Both the position numbers and the translations under genes were made by a program. The notes under the pieces were generated by a model. The model was given only the letters and a program-made list of their open reading frames with translations, ran no database searches and was not told the origin of the DNA. Shown one piece after another: positions 9,201 to 21,100 of a stretch of DNA of 32,594 nt. Position 1 is the first letter of the stretch; each line of letters begins with the position of its first letter. Origin of the DNA: a virus (taxonomy: Duplodnaviria > Caudoviricetes); the IMG/VR virus record IMGVR_UViG_3300012953_000107, positions 1 to 32,594 of that record; one strand, given 5' to 3'.

Positions 9201-12200
9201 CCATATACTAATTTTGGATCATCAAATCGACCAAATTTATGATTTGATTTTGCAACTCTAAAACTAATTAATTCTTTAGGATTTGCACCACCACTATATC
9301 CTATTACAGTTTCACCTACTTCAAATGGATTTAAAGTGGAATCTGAACCATAATTTGATAATGAAATATCACCTGATATTTCTATCAATTTAGGAATAAA
9401 ATCTACATCAGAGTTTCCATTTAAAAATTGATAATGTCTTGCATAAGGTTTTAAGTTGATAGCATCAAATCTTACATTTCTAGATCTCATAAATTTATCA
9501 TCACCACTATCAACAATTACGTCACTAGTGTTAGTATTTTTGATAACATCTAATCTTGTTTCTGTTCTTACAAAACGTAGTCCATCATCTTCATCAACTC
9601 TTTCAGTAATAGTTTCCGTTTCAACCAACTCAGTGGTTATTGCATCTAATCTGATAGTTCTTGTGTAAATATCAACATTTGGTTTTAATATAATAGTTCC
9701 AACGAATGCTGTTACATGAAATGGATTAACATTTTCAACTCTAGTTGCATATGATTGTTCAATCCAATCTGTTTCATCATATTTTAAAGTTACAGAATTT
9801 CCTGTTTTTTGTATATTAGCATCCAATAACTCATAATCAATAGATAAATCTAATTTTTCATCAGTAATACTTGAAGATGGTAAAAGTTGATTTGTTAAAC
9901 TATTTTTAGAAATAATGGGTCTAATTTCATTTTTTTCACCATCAACTTCCATAGATGATATATTTAAATCAATAAAATTGGTATTTTTAAAATTATCAAC
10001 AAAAAAACCACTTTTAAATCTATCTCTACCATTAGCATCTTGAATAGTTAATGATTCAGTTCCTATTTCAAGTAAAGATAATGTTGTAACCGTTTCTAAT
10101 TCCTCAATTCTGTCTTCAAGTATTCCAATATCTCTCATGGTATATCTTCTATTATCAACTAAAGTAATTTCAGCATCTTTAGGATTATAAAGATATGGTG
10201 GTAACTTAATGATACCCAATTCCATCAAATTATTATTAATTGCTGGTGGTGCTGGTGTCCTAGAAGATTGACCTTTTTCTATTGAAACTATCCCATATTG
10301 ACTTAAATATACCTTATCAATTCTTCCTAGATAATATTCATATCCAAATATAGAACTTTCATCTGGAGATAATAGATAATTTGGTTTTTGGTTAAATCCA
10401 GTCGTTCTTGAAGTAAAATCAAAAGGTGATTTATCTATAGTGCTACCAAAATCAGAAACTCTAGGTCTAAAATCAAAAGTATCCGTAGCTCTTACTTGCT
10501 TAGATCCAATTTTTGGTATATCATTTGTATATCTAGATTTATCATAACTTAATACAGTAAATACATCTCCACTGTCATCAGTAGGAATTGTGTATTTATC
10601 AAAGACAATCATTAATCTTCTAGTAGGTATAGATGTATTAGATTTTCTAACAATTCTAGAATAATCATAATATTCATCTCTTTGACCTTTATCTAAAACA
10701 TAGAATTTTGAAATATCTTCATAAGTACCATTTTCAATATTTTCAATACTAGTTGTAATATTCGATTCTTCAAATAAAACAATTTCAGAAGTATCAAATT
10801 TCCTATCATTTAAATATACAAATCCCAATTTATTAATACCACCAGATGAAGGTGACGTATTATTATTAGTAACTACTCTTGCAATAGCATTAGAAGTTTG
10901 ACCTATAATATTTTCCCCCAAAATACCATTAACAGAAACATTAGCACTTGATGGGAATGAAAGAGTATCAAAAGTTGGATCAGCAATAGTTTTAGATTCA
11001 TAAACTGCTAAAACTTTAACTACATCTGGAACATTTAAAGAAATATGTTCATCTTGAACTCTTAATCCATAAGCTTGGTTATTATAAGTTAATCCATCCT
11101 CAAGAGAAAATCCTACAGTAGTTCCAGATTCAGGACTTTGGGATCTAGTTACATTAAGTATTTGACTTCTTTCATAATTTTTAACTTTACTTTGAATACC
11201 TTGTTTTGAAGATGTTACATTAATAATTGAATCATCATTTGAATTTTCTAATCCATTTAAAGTAACCGTAGTACCATCACTAGATTTAACAAAGGTATCA
11301 TTAGTCACAGTACCTATTCCAGCACCTGACCCACCATAAAATACAGAATATCTTCCTGATGTAAAAGGTTCATAAAATGCTGATGATATTCCAGTTCCAC
11401 CACCATCTTTAATATCACTAGTATTAATAATAATAGAGTTGCTACTAACATCCTTACCAACGACTTGAGAAGTTACTGATAGAGTTGAAGATACAAAATC
11501 AACTGATGATATATTAGCATCAGGTAATTCCACATATAGTTTTCCTCCTTCTAATATTGAAGGAGCTCCTATTCGGATATCCGAATAGGTTCCATTTGTA
11601 ATACTCTTATCAAAAACACCAACAACACTAGAACCACTTGTTGCATCTTCAATATTTAATGTTTTACCATCAGGACTAAGAGAAGTTACTTTATTAAATC
11701 TTTCATCCCCAGTTGTAACTTGATATCGAATAATAGAACCAGTTGATATACCAGTAAATACATTTCCTGGACTTACTAGTGCATTACCACCACTAATTGT
11801 TCCCCCAATTACACCATTTGGTAATGGAAATGATTCTAAGAAAGCGTTTGCTTTAAAATCTCGTACATGATCTGCTGAAGCAGAAGCAAGTTGTTTTACT
11901 GATTTAATATCTCTAGCACCACAAACTCTAATATTAACAATAGATCTTTTACCCAAAAAACTCTTACCATTTATAGTAATTTCTTCTCCTTTTATAAAAG
12001 TTCCAGATGTTTGTCTCAAATTAAAAACAACTCCAGTATGAGATGCAACATATCCAGAAGCACCACTATTTACTCCTTTTATATAACTTGTAATAGGTAC
12101 TTCTAAAGAAGTTGCTCCTTGAGTCAAAGTTAAAGTTGTGTAAGTCTGTATATCATATAAATGCAACTCCCATTTTGTAATATCTCCACTATAAATAGAA

Positions 12201-13516
12201 TCTGATGAATTTATAGAATATAATCTTGCATCTCCAATATGATTCCCAACAGAACCTAATGTATCATATAGTTCTATAGTATTTCTCATTTGTGGTTGCC
12301 CACTAACAGTATTGACTTTCAGAACACTACCCATTTTATAATCAATACTTGCCAATTCTACCTTTTCAGTATCTCTTGGTTTATTAACATCTATAATACT
12401 AGCATCGGGATCATTTTGAACATCATAACCATTAACATAAGCTTCACCACTAGAAACTCTTACACACATTATATCATCTGAGGGATCATTTCCATTTTGT
12501 GTTTTTTGATTGCTGTAAAATATACCATTACTACCCAATCTATCATTTAAAGAATTGTTAACATCTATATCAAATTCATCTATTGCATAACTTCCAGATT
12601 CAGCTACTGTTCTATCTGCTAGATAATCTCTAATTAAATTATACTGACTATTAACATGAATAATTCTTTTTTCACCATTAACAGTTTTTAATATTTCAAT
12701 AAAATCAGTATCATTAGTATCATCTAATGATTTTTTAGTAAGTATTAATTCAATCTTTAATCTATCAGCACCAGGTGCAGCATAATTTGAAAATCCCTTA
12801 GCATTATCATACAATGAACTATCATCTTTTGAACCAACAATAGACTCATTTATTTTTAAACCAATCCTATATGATGGAGTATTAGTGTAATGATCTAATA
12901 TTATAGTTTGCTTATTTACAGTTACAAAATTTCCTCTAACAAAATAAACACCATTATCTACATGAGCAGCAGAACCTATTTTTGTAGCATCTAAAGATAT
13001 TAAAGTTACTACAGGAGATCCTGCAGTTATTGTAGTATTTCCATATACAATATTTTTCTTTATTATTAATGATTCACCATCTATAAAAGTATCAGTAATA
13101 AAATCATTTTTACTAGCACTAGTATATTTTACATATATTGTTAAATCCTCTACATTATTACCATCAGGTAATGCAATAAATTTTACGGTAGCAGTTATAC
13201 CAGAAGTTTCACCTTCTATAGTTTTATTAAGGAGTTGATCTATGTATAAAGATATATCAACACCAAATTGAGAAGCTTCTAATTTTACTGCATTAAAATT
13301 AGAATCCCAACTAGGATCACCTGGAATAACTACAGATCCTTCTTTAAAAATATGACTACCAAAATTTTCTATTTGGTTTTGTAATATTGATTGTAAAGTA
13401 GTTAATTCTCTAGCTTGAACTGGAAACCCTGGTTTAAAAAGAACTTTATAAAAATTCTTAGATGAATTAAAATCATCATAATATGGGCTTATATTTAAAT
13501 CCTTTTTCTGTGCCAT
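6233..13516 (-). CDS. VrlC-like (DUF4815-type) large virion structural protein, 2427 aa
   Basis: N-terminal LNISPYYDDF...FYKVLFKPGFPVQARELTTLQSILQNQ, then APGADRLKI, YTMRDIG.LE.RI.ELE, RFKSGFFVDNF, DPLAQSF and C-terminal P.IKELRTIAL. Position after gp8 matches cyanomyoviruses. Confidence 0.85.
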   Translation of the reverse strand: MAQKKDLNISPYYDDFNSSKNFYKVLFKPGFPVQARELTTLQSILQNQIENFGSHIFKEGSVVIPGDPSWDSNFNAVKLEASQFGVDISLYIDQLLNKTIEGETSGITATVKFIALPDGNNVEDLTIYVKYTSASKNDFITDTFIDGESLIIKKNIVYGNTTITAGSPVVTLISLDATKIGSAAHVDNGVYFVRGNFVTVNKQTIILDHYTNTPSYRIGLKINESIVGSKDDSSLYDNAKGFSNYAAPGADRLKIELILTKKSLDDTNDTDFIEILKTVNGEKRIIHVNSQYNLIRDYLADRTVAESGSYAIDEFDIDVNNSLNDRLGSNGIFYSNQKTQNGNDPSDDIMCVRVSSGEAYVNGYDVQNDPDASIIDVNKPRDTEKVELASIDYKMGSVLKVNTVSGQPQMRNTIELYDTLGSVGNHIGDARLYSINSSDSIYSGDITKWELHLYDIQTYTTLTLTQGATSLEVPITSYIKGVNSGASGYVASHTGVVFNLRQTSGTFIKGEEITINGKSFLGKRSIVNIRVCGARDIKSVKQLASASADHVRDFKANAFLESFPLPNGVIGGTISGGNALVSPGNVFTGISTGSIIRYQVTTGDERFNKVTSLSPDGKTLNIEDATSGSSVVGVFDKSITNGTYSDIRIGAPSILEGGKLYVELPDANISSVDFVSSTLSVTSQVVGKDVSSNSIIINTSDIKDGGGTGISSAFYEPFTSGRYSVFYGGSGAGIGTVTNDTFVKSSDGTTVTLNGLENSNDDSIINVTSSKQGIQSKVKNYERSQILNVTRSQSPESGTTVGFSLEDGLTYNNQAYGLRVQDEHISLNVPDVVKVLAVYESKTIADPTFDTLSFPSSANVSVNGILGENIIGQTSNAIARVVTNNNTSPSSGGINKLGFVYLNDRKFDTSEIVLFEESNITTSIENIENGTYEDISKFYVLDKGQRDEYYDYSRIVRKSNTSIPTRRLMIVFDKYTIPTDDSGDVFTVLSYDKSRYTNDIPKIGSKQVRATDTFDFRPRVSDFGSTIDKSPFDFTSRTTGFNQKPNYLLSPDESSIFGYEYYLGRIDKVYLSQYGIVSIEKGQSSRTPAPPAINNNLMELGIIKLPPYLYNPKDAEITLVDNRRYTMRDIGILEDRIEELETVTTLSLLEIGTESLTIQDANGRDRFKSGFFVDNFKNTNFIDLNISSMEVDGEKNEIRPIISKNSLTNQLLPSSSITDEKLDLSIDYELLDANIQKTGNSVTLKYDETDWIEQSYATRVENVNPFHVTAFVGTIILKPNVDIYTRTIRLDAITTELVETETITERVDEDDGLRFVRTETRLDVIKNTNTSDVIVDSGDDKFMRSRNVRFDAINLKPYARHYQFLNGNSDVDFIPKLIEISGDISLSNYGSDSTLNPFEVGETVIGYSGGANPKELISFRVAKSNHKFGRFDDPKLVYGQNPYVPNELLQDTYTTSSKVLNVDTFSLASEAQGLYSGYLEIGMKLIGQNSKAAAFVKDLRLISDQSGGLTGCFFLRDPNTDPQPSVVIDSGKAIYRLTTSKINATPLRGSKLISSGQSLYESRGTFTTRQVQTANTTLNRTTIISFYDDPLAQSFTVGGVVEAPSPEIGLNDDDHGVFVTSADIFFANKDSENNPVTAEIRTVELGTPTRVRVGNPVTLRPDDVLTSTTGDTPTNFKFPEPIYLSPGKEYALVLLAPSSVEYEVWIGRMGETTQETQNLPDVQKVVYSQQWSLGSLFKSQNGSIWTPDQLEDLKFKLYKAKFSTTPGSAFFANPSLDNSNGYITKIGSNPINTIPRKGYIGIDTVRDSVGISSYSRGRKIANSLNTTINGIVVGTGSSVATLGIATGGVNYRSKNNVSTYNIIGQGRDLKVDITANSDGIITTIEPNTSHVGSGYTTGDVVGIVTAEAQDKQGRDALIFIDAITGVDTLYLSNMNGSTFTKGTNISYFKDGDISATQTSIELLTNFVSDGGSATGQFFKVNQFDHGMHGTNNKLILSNIKSNLPKTSINNPLAANETGTISVASTIVPDLSIFEGLPVSNNNPGYVKIGQEIIGYTSVGIGVLSGTITRSVQATDNELHIGKTIVEKYELNGVSLRRINRTHNISANDIELDSYNVELDITDTNYGTNRSADDVAPLDLTLTFDSEGFFGESEGTATRNIQYEALIPKYDLFAPSDVTSTTATIRTVSGTSIDGNEVSFIDQGFEPIQLNQLNRLNSPRIICSKVNENEYLSNIERNKSLTTGIRFETTNENVSPIINLENSTTEFRTNRMNNPISDYASDGRVNSRFFDPHSAIYVSNLVSLNKPADGLKVILSAYRSGSSDFRVLYSLRRPDSVGVSQEFELFPGYDNLDDTTGDGFGDKVINAANNNGRSDAFVTASLDNQFLEYEFTADNLGEFTAYQIKIVMSGTNQAYPVRIKELRTIALK

Positions 13517-13522
13517 GTTTCT

Positions 13523-15103
13523 TTAAAATTCCAGAATGATTTTAACGTCTTCTTTTTGTTTAGTGTCTCGTGCCACTAATTTTCGATTATCGATGTAAAT
13601 TATGTCACCAGTATTTCTATTTATCTCTGGATTTGCAAGACCTTCAGTGAAATTTATTCCCAAATCAATCTCTTTAGATCCAACAGTCAATGTACTACCA
13701 TTAAAAGAGGAATCAACAGAAGCGGTATTATTTGTAAATACAATACTATTAGCTTCTGATCCATCACTTTTTTTGGACTCAATTGCCAAAATAGATGCAG
13801 TAGTGCTTAGACCAACATAATCAGTATGATCTGTAGTATTTGGATTAAAATATAAAGATCTATCTTGATAATATTTTACAACATTTGTTTCACTATCATA
13901 TGAAGCTACATATCCTTTTGCAGTTCCATTAATTTGTACTTGTGATATACTACTTCCAATACTAACATTTGATAAAGTAGTATTAACTTTTATTGAAAAT
14001 AAAGAACAATATTGACTACCTGTAAAAATGACATCTTGAGAAGTAAATGATGTTGGATTTTTTATAATCCCAACTTGTGAAAATTTTGTATCAATTGGAA
14101 AATCTTTTGTTGAATCATCAAATCTAGCATAAATTAAAACTCTATCAGCACCTAATTCTTTATAAATGTCATATCCATGTCCTCTAGATGGCGGAATAAT
14201 TGGTATCAAATTTGCAGCTTTACTTGAATTTGAATTAAGATCATTAGGTTGAAGAGTTGATAAATCAACCATTCCATAACTATATCCACTACCACCAGCA
14301 GTAACAGTAGCATCTGTTATTACCCCATCAACAATTTTGAGAGACACCTTTGCACCACTTCCATCTCCAAGTATACTAACAATTGGTGAACCATCATTAC
14401 CGTTATTATATCCAATACCACCATTTTCAATATAAACTTTTTTAATTTGATTAAAATTAATGGTAGAATCACCAGCTTCTCTTACATTTTGAATTTGTGT
14501 GTTTGTAGAAGTTTCCCAATCATTAGGTACAACAATATATTCAGTAGAATCAAATTTTATAACATCACTAGGAGATATTGAAAAAAGATATTTCCAAATA
14601 TATCCATCACCACTATTACCAGCAGCACTTGGCTCTAAATCTGTAAAGGTAGGTTCATCCTTAGATGTGCCACCTTTAGGGAAAGACCCTGAAGATCCAT
14701 TATCCAAACAAATATAAACATTAAAATCACTATTAATAACAAAGTATTGGGAATCGTATAATCTAGCAGTTGATGAATTTGGTGTTAAATTTACTGCACT
14801 ATAATCATGCCTATACATATCATATCGAGTATTAGTGGTCCATGTTACTTTTGGCAACACTCTTCTAATATTTTTACCATTAATTTTTTTACCAAATAAA
14901 GATGTATCTTTATAATGTGATAGATATTGAAAATTATCTTTTGGATTTTCTGGCCATGATGAATTCCTTCCAAATCCAGGATTTGGAGTGCTAGGATTAG
15001 AAAGACCTAAAAAAACGTAATAAGAATTATTAGTATCTAGTACAGAATCTACAAAATTAGCAGCGTTTGATATTCTAAATTGATCTGTTACAACGGCAGA
15101 CAT
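13523..15103 (-). CDS. gp8: Baseplate wedge subunit (T4 gp8-like)
   Basis: Motifs MSAVVTDQFRISNA, YDMYRHDYS, NSDFNVYICLDNG, DGYIWKYLFSI and C-terminal GDIIYIDNR....R...QKEDVKIILEF. Confidence 0.9.
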   Translation of the reverse strand: MSAVVTDQFRISNAANFVDSVLDTNNSYYVFLGLSNPSTPNPGFGRNSSWPENPKDNFQYLSHYKDTSLFGKKINGKNIRRVLPKVTWTTNTRYDMYRHDYSAVNLTPNSSTARLYDSQYFVINSDFNVYICLDNGSSGSFPKGGTSKDEPTFTDLEPSAAGNSGDGYIWKYLFSISPSDVIKFDSTEYIVVPNDWETSTNTQIQNVREAGDSTINFNQIKKVYIENGGIGYNNGNDGSPIVSILGDGSGAKVSLKIVDGVITDATVTAGGSGYSYGMVDLSTLQPNDLNSNSSKAANLIPIIPPSRGHGYDIYKELGADRVLIYARFDDSTKDFPIDTKFSQVGIIKNPTSFTSQDVIFTGSQYCSLFSIKVNTTLSNVSIGSSISQVQINGTAKGYVASYDSETNVVKYYQDRSLYFNPNTTDHTDYVGLSTTASILAIESKKSDGSEANSIVFTNNTASVDSSFNGSTLTVGSKEIDLGINFTEGLANPEINRNTGDIIYIDNRKLVARDTKQKEDVKIILEF

Positions 15104-15120
15104 ATTAATACTTTTTTAGA

Positions 15121-15128
15121 TATTTATA
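15121..15128 (-). promoter_or_regulatory. T4-type late promoter TATAAATA
   Basis: Exact consensus in the 32-bp gap between gp7 and gp8, 17 bp upstream of the gp8 ATG. Confidence 0.8.
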
Positions 15129-15135
15129 ACATTAG

Positions 15136-18100
15136 TTAAGATGGTTCTATAGCTCCTGTATCTCTCAAACCCTGAACTCTTCTTTGTATGGTTGGGAATG
15201 TAGTTAAACCAGAAGTAATTGTAAACCCTGTAACTCCAATTGATATAGGATCTGATCCTCTTGTAATGGATCCTGTGCTAAACAATCTTCCCCAAGAAAC
15301 TTTACCAACTGGAGTGATTCCAGTGGTTCCTAAACCAACAACAGGAGAATCAGAGTGAATATTACAAGTAATTATTCCAACATTTTGATCCCATGCACTA
15401 ACATTGTAAATATTATCTACAAATGTAATTCCTACACCAACAACTTTAGAATTTGAATCATAGATTGATGTTACACCAGAACCAATTGTGGTATCATGAA
15501 TACTAATTGGATATCCCACAACCAGATTAGAATATGTTCCACCATCTTTCAAAATAAATTTTAGAGCAAGTGGAACTCCTATACCAGTAACAGTTCCAAT
15601 ACCTGTGATAATACCAGAAAATCCATTAATTCTATCGATATTTAAAACTTTTTCTGATTTAAATGTTGGATAAGGTGGCAATACTTTAGGTGGAATACTT
15701 TGATTATATCCCAATCCAGGATTAGTTACTAATACACTAGATATTTCTCCATTAGAAGAAACTGTAGCGGTTGCTGTAGCGGTTGTGCCAACACCAACCC
15801 CTATTCCAGTTGTTGGTATACCAATAGATACTAGAATAGTTCCTGGTGTATATCCAGTTCCACCAGAACCAATGACAATACTTGATATTGTTCCACCAGT
15901 AGAAACGATAGCTGTTAATGCTGCAGCAACAGGAGTTACACTATTATCAACAATAATTCCACCAATAGGTTTATTACTTATCTCATTTTCATTATCAAAT
16001 AGATCTGCATCATCAACAAATATATTTGTAAGTGTGCTAGAAGAAATATCTCCAATTATTTTTGCTGTTGGGAATATTAGTGGTTCCAACATTGGTCTAG
16101 ATTTATAGACCAATTCACCATTAACAATCTTATCAGATTTTTGTTTTGTCCATTTTACAGATTTGGTGTCATTATTAATACCTACACCATCATACAAAAC
16201 AGTTTCTACATTACCAGAACCAAGTGTAGCAATACCAAGCATAGTCCTACTATCTTGATTGACATCATTTGTATTAATATTCAATAGTTGAAGATCGTCT
16301 CCAGTTTTTAATGTTGGTTTAATATTATCAATCAATTCAGTATCTTCTCCCGAAGTACCTCTATAGAAGAATATTGCAACATCATCCTCTGCTTTAGGTG
16401 CTTGTGAAAATACGAAAGATGTTCCACCTTCAAATTGATATGCAATACCTGGTTCTTGAATTATGCCATTAATTACAATTAATAATGAATTTGCAAGATT
16501 TATATCAAATTCGCTACCATTTGCAAGTTCAAAATTCAAATATTCATCATCATACTTGATTTCAAATCTTGTTCTGACACCATCCTGCTGTTCCTTAATT
16601 GAATCTATATAATCAAATTGACCAAACTGCCATGCTGAAAATGGATCATTGTAAGCCTCTACTACTGTCAATTCGAATTGTGATATTGGTGATGATAAAT
16701 TAGCATCAGTAACTAAACCAACAGGAGTAAATACATCACCTTCTCTAAATGCATAGCCATTGCGAGCAATTTTCCAATTAGTAACAGAGAATTGTGTGGA
16801 TCCAACCCCAACTGTAGAACTTGCACCTATATTAATATCAAGTAATAGACCAGTTCCAGTATTTGTGGTTGATCCATCAGCTAATCTAGATACCCCTACA
16901 ACTTCTAAATTTTTATATGCTGCTTCAGGAATTATTAATTGGGGGTTTTTGTAATTTGTACCTGCTTCATCAATACTAAATGCTAAAGTTCCACCTAAAC
17001 CAACCGTAGAACTAACCACAGCACCCCTACCTATCGCAGAACCAACATTTACGCTAAATGTATTTGTATCATATGCAGTGATTGTAGTAAGAATACCCGA
17101 TACTGGATCTGTCACTCTTGGATATAAATGATCAGTTTTATAATTATCCTTAGAACATGAGAATATTAGTGATTCTGTTTTAATTCCAACAGTATTGGAG
17201 TTTGTAAGACCGTGTGAAGGAATTGTTAATATTAAATTACCAGTAACAGAATCATAGTCAGCTCCCGTTGCTGTTTTTGCTACTCCAGTCCATGAATTTA
17301 CAAAAACACTAGTGCCAATAGTTCCTACAAATTTATGAGTAAATGCTGTATCAGTTACTGCAACAGAAACTGGTTCACGATAACCAGACCCAATTTTAAC
17401 ATCACCATAGTATGGAAATACTGTTCCTTGACCAACATAATCATGTGGAATAGTACATATACCAACATTAGTTTTAAATCTATAAGTAGGAGATTTACCT
17501 ACATTAATAGTAAAACTTGTAGTAGTTGGAACATCAAGAACAGTTACTGCTATACCAGCGATAGGATCTGTTGGTCTTGGGTATGGATGAGTTGTTGCAT
17601 AATTATCAGCATCGCATGTAAATGTAATTCCATAGTTGGCAATTGTTACAGCATTGCCAATATCCAAATTATGAGCAGAACTAAATGATAACTCTAATAA
17701 ACCGCTTGTAGGTTTATATAATGCCCCTGTGGGGGTTAATGAGCCATTAACAGCGTTGTTAGTCGCACTTACAAACCTATGTTCAAAGTCGCCAGGTATA
17801 GTTTGAAGAATTGTATATGCAGTAGTACCAATACCAGTAACAGGATCAATTCCCTCTGGGAAAATTGTTGTGGTTACTCCAGCATGTTCTTGTGTGCAAG
17901 AAAATTCTAATCCAACTAATTTAACTTGATTTACAATTCCCAATTCAAAATTGTGATCATTTTTTGTTGTAATAATTATATCTCCCGTTAAATTATCATA
18001 ACTTGCGGTAGTAATAGCATTACTTGGCCCAGTTGTAGCTGTAGAAACAATTCTTGAAATACTGCCACTAGCATTAATTTCACTAATAGCCTCTGCTCCC

Positions 18101-21100
18101 TCTAGAGGTGCGTATCCCAATCCTGGAGTAGATGCAAGAGAAACAATTACACCACCTCTTGGCAATTGATTTCTATTTACATCAACATCACTAATAAAAA
18201 CTTCACCACTATCAGTTTTAATGCCAGTAAATGAAATACTACTTACACCAGAAATAGTATCATCTATCATTTGATAATTATTATTAGGATTATTTGTAGC
18301 AGTTGGGCGTTGGAAAATATTGTTTATTAATACCAATCCATTACCACCAGTTTCTCCTATACCAGATGTACTCGCCCCACCAACAGTTAAATTGAATGTT
18401 TGACCAATACCAGTGAATTGTTCGGAAACATCATCATATATTTGATTGGTTGTATAATTTTGTCTAAAATACACTCTACCATTAAAATCTGATCTGGCAA
18501 ACTCTAAGTTATTCTCATTCTTTAATCCTACTGTAGTTCCTCTAGGAGCATCTGTAAAATTAATTTCATTACCAACAATATTAAATGAACCTCTATAAAT
18601 TTGAACATTAGTATTATTTGTATGATTTGTTGCAGACGTTCCAACATAACCACGTTCTACGGTAACCAATGATGTTGAACCAAGTCCTGGAGTAATTGGT
18701 CCAACAGTGCTAGTACCAATACCCACACCAATAACATTGACATATTCATCATCAATTTTTAAAATATCTCTAAGTCTGATAGATGATATTCCACTCAACG
18801 CAAATGTTGTTCTTGAAGTACTAATACCAAGGAAAGAATTATTATCATCAAAATTATCTTTTAAAGTATGTGTAACTGAAGCAAAAGATAAAGGTGATTG
18901 AATTATATTATCAATAGAAATAATATTTTTAGTATTACTTTTAGCCATTGCAAATTCATGTTTATTTCCTGTTCCAACCCCAACAAAAGTAACAGCACTA
19001 CCACCACTAGTGGTTGAAATTTGGAATGAATCTTTATTAGTTCTTATAGCAAAAACATTTGTTGGTAATTGATCTATTCCACCAGTAACACCTTGATATT
19101 CCATTGGAGTAGATCCCACACCAACAAAAGTAGATTTGGGTGTATAAATCAACTCTTCATTTGTTCTAAAGAAATGATTTTTAATATTAAAGGTATTACC
19201 ACTAATACTAATAATATCTGTATCAGCAGGATCAAAACTTTTTGCAAATAATGGAATATCATTTGAAGTTAAAGTAAACTTAGTTTTATTAACACGAGAT
19301 CCACGTGGTGCAGTATAAAAATAATTATTGATAGATTCTTTACTTTTACCATATATAAAATCATTTGGATTATTATCAAGATCTACTTTATTATAAACAC
19401 ATAAATTTAATGCAGATACTTGAATATTATCAGAATTGAATGCTGAATCTGGATAGAATTTTAATAAGAAATCATTGGAGGCAAAATTAACTCCAAAAGT
19501 ACCTATTCCAAGAAGATTATCATATTCGTCTATCGATGTATTTGGTATTGTTCCATTAACGGATAAAAATGGTAATGAATTTACATAAACATTATTTTGA
19601 TCATGTACTGTTAATACTTGGTGTAATGCTTTTGTAGATCCAATACTAACTTCAATTATTGATTTGACAGAATTAAATAAATTTTTATCTAACGTAAATA
19701 CTGTAGATAAACCAATTGATTTTGAATAGTTTGATTGATAAATTGCAGATCTTTCACTTCCATCAGGTTGATTATTTGATTTAAATCTATAAGTTGCAGT
19801 CCCAACAGATGTTGTACCAAATCCAACTACATTTGATTTAATATCTATTTGATCTGTTGTATCATTATGATAATTTAATACAAAATCACTTCCACTAATA
19901 TTTGCTTTAAAAGAACCTATTCCCGTAGATGAATATCCATCATAATCAGAATTGTCAATAAAATATTCAGAAACATATGTATTGGTTCCATCATGAGTGG
20001 CATAAACTTCAACAAAATTCACTTCATTCTTTGTTTTATTGATCAATTCATTTCTTGTATGGAAAGAAGTAAATTGATCAGATTTTGCAGTTATAATACC
20101 AGTGATAGCTGGTGTTCCATCACTATTAAATGTGCCAATACCTGATGTTCCAGTCAAATTAATAAATCCTACAGGAAAAGTTCCAATACCAGAACCACTT
20201 AAAAATTCATTAGATATAACTTTTATATCATAATCAGTAGTGGATGAATTTAGTGTAGGTACAAATCTAAAAGATTGATCACCTGTGGTTGTATCCTTAA
20301 CTAAATCAAAAGATCCCACTAAGTCTTCATTACCATAAGATGTAGTAATTCCAGAAACAAGTTGACCTCTTTCTAAAAGATATTGAGTCTCATTATTATA
20401 TAATAATACAAAATCAGACAATTGAACTATAGTGTTTTCTATATTACTAATTTTAATTAATAAATTTTGGTAACTAATTGTATTATCAGTCAAAATATCT
20501 AAATATTCAATCGGATCTTCAACTAAATTAGAAAATTGTTTATTAATATTATCAATAACAAAAACTTCATTACTTTTTGAAAGAGTGTAATTTGATAATT
20601 TTTTATTTTGCAATGCTATGAATTTAGAAATATTATTTTCATTTAAACTATTTGCGAGATCAAAATTATAAATTGAATCTATTCTACTATCACCAATATA
20701 ATCTTTTATAACAATACTAAAATCAGTGCTTCCAATTCCAACAGATGTAGCTGACGAAATTCCAGTATCAGCAAAATTTTTAAGTCCACTTGTATGGAGT
20801 AAATTATTTACAGCAATTCTTAATTCATCATAACTAAGAGAACTTTTTATTGAATATGATAGATTTTGATAATAATCATTATTTGGAGTTACTTGAGCGT
20901 CATCATTCAACCTTCCAATATTATCTGACCAACCTATGTCTTTTTTAACCGAATAATCTACAATATATCTCCCATTATTATTAGTGATACTATCAATCGT
21001 AGCTATTACACCAGATTCTTTTCCAGTAATAATATCATTAACAGATAATTTATAATCTCCAGTTATTTTTATAAAATCACTTTCACTATTTGTAATAAAT

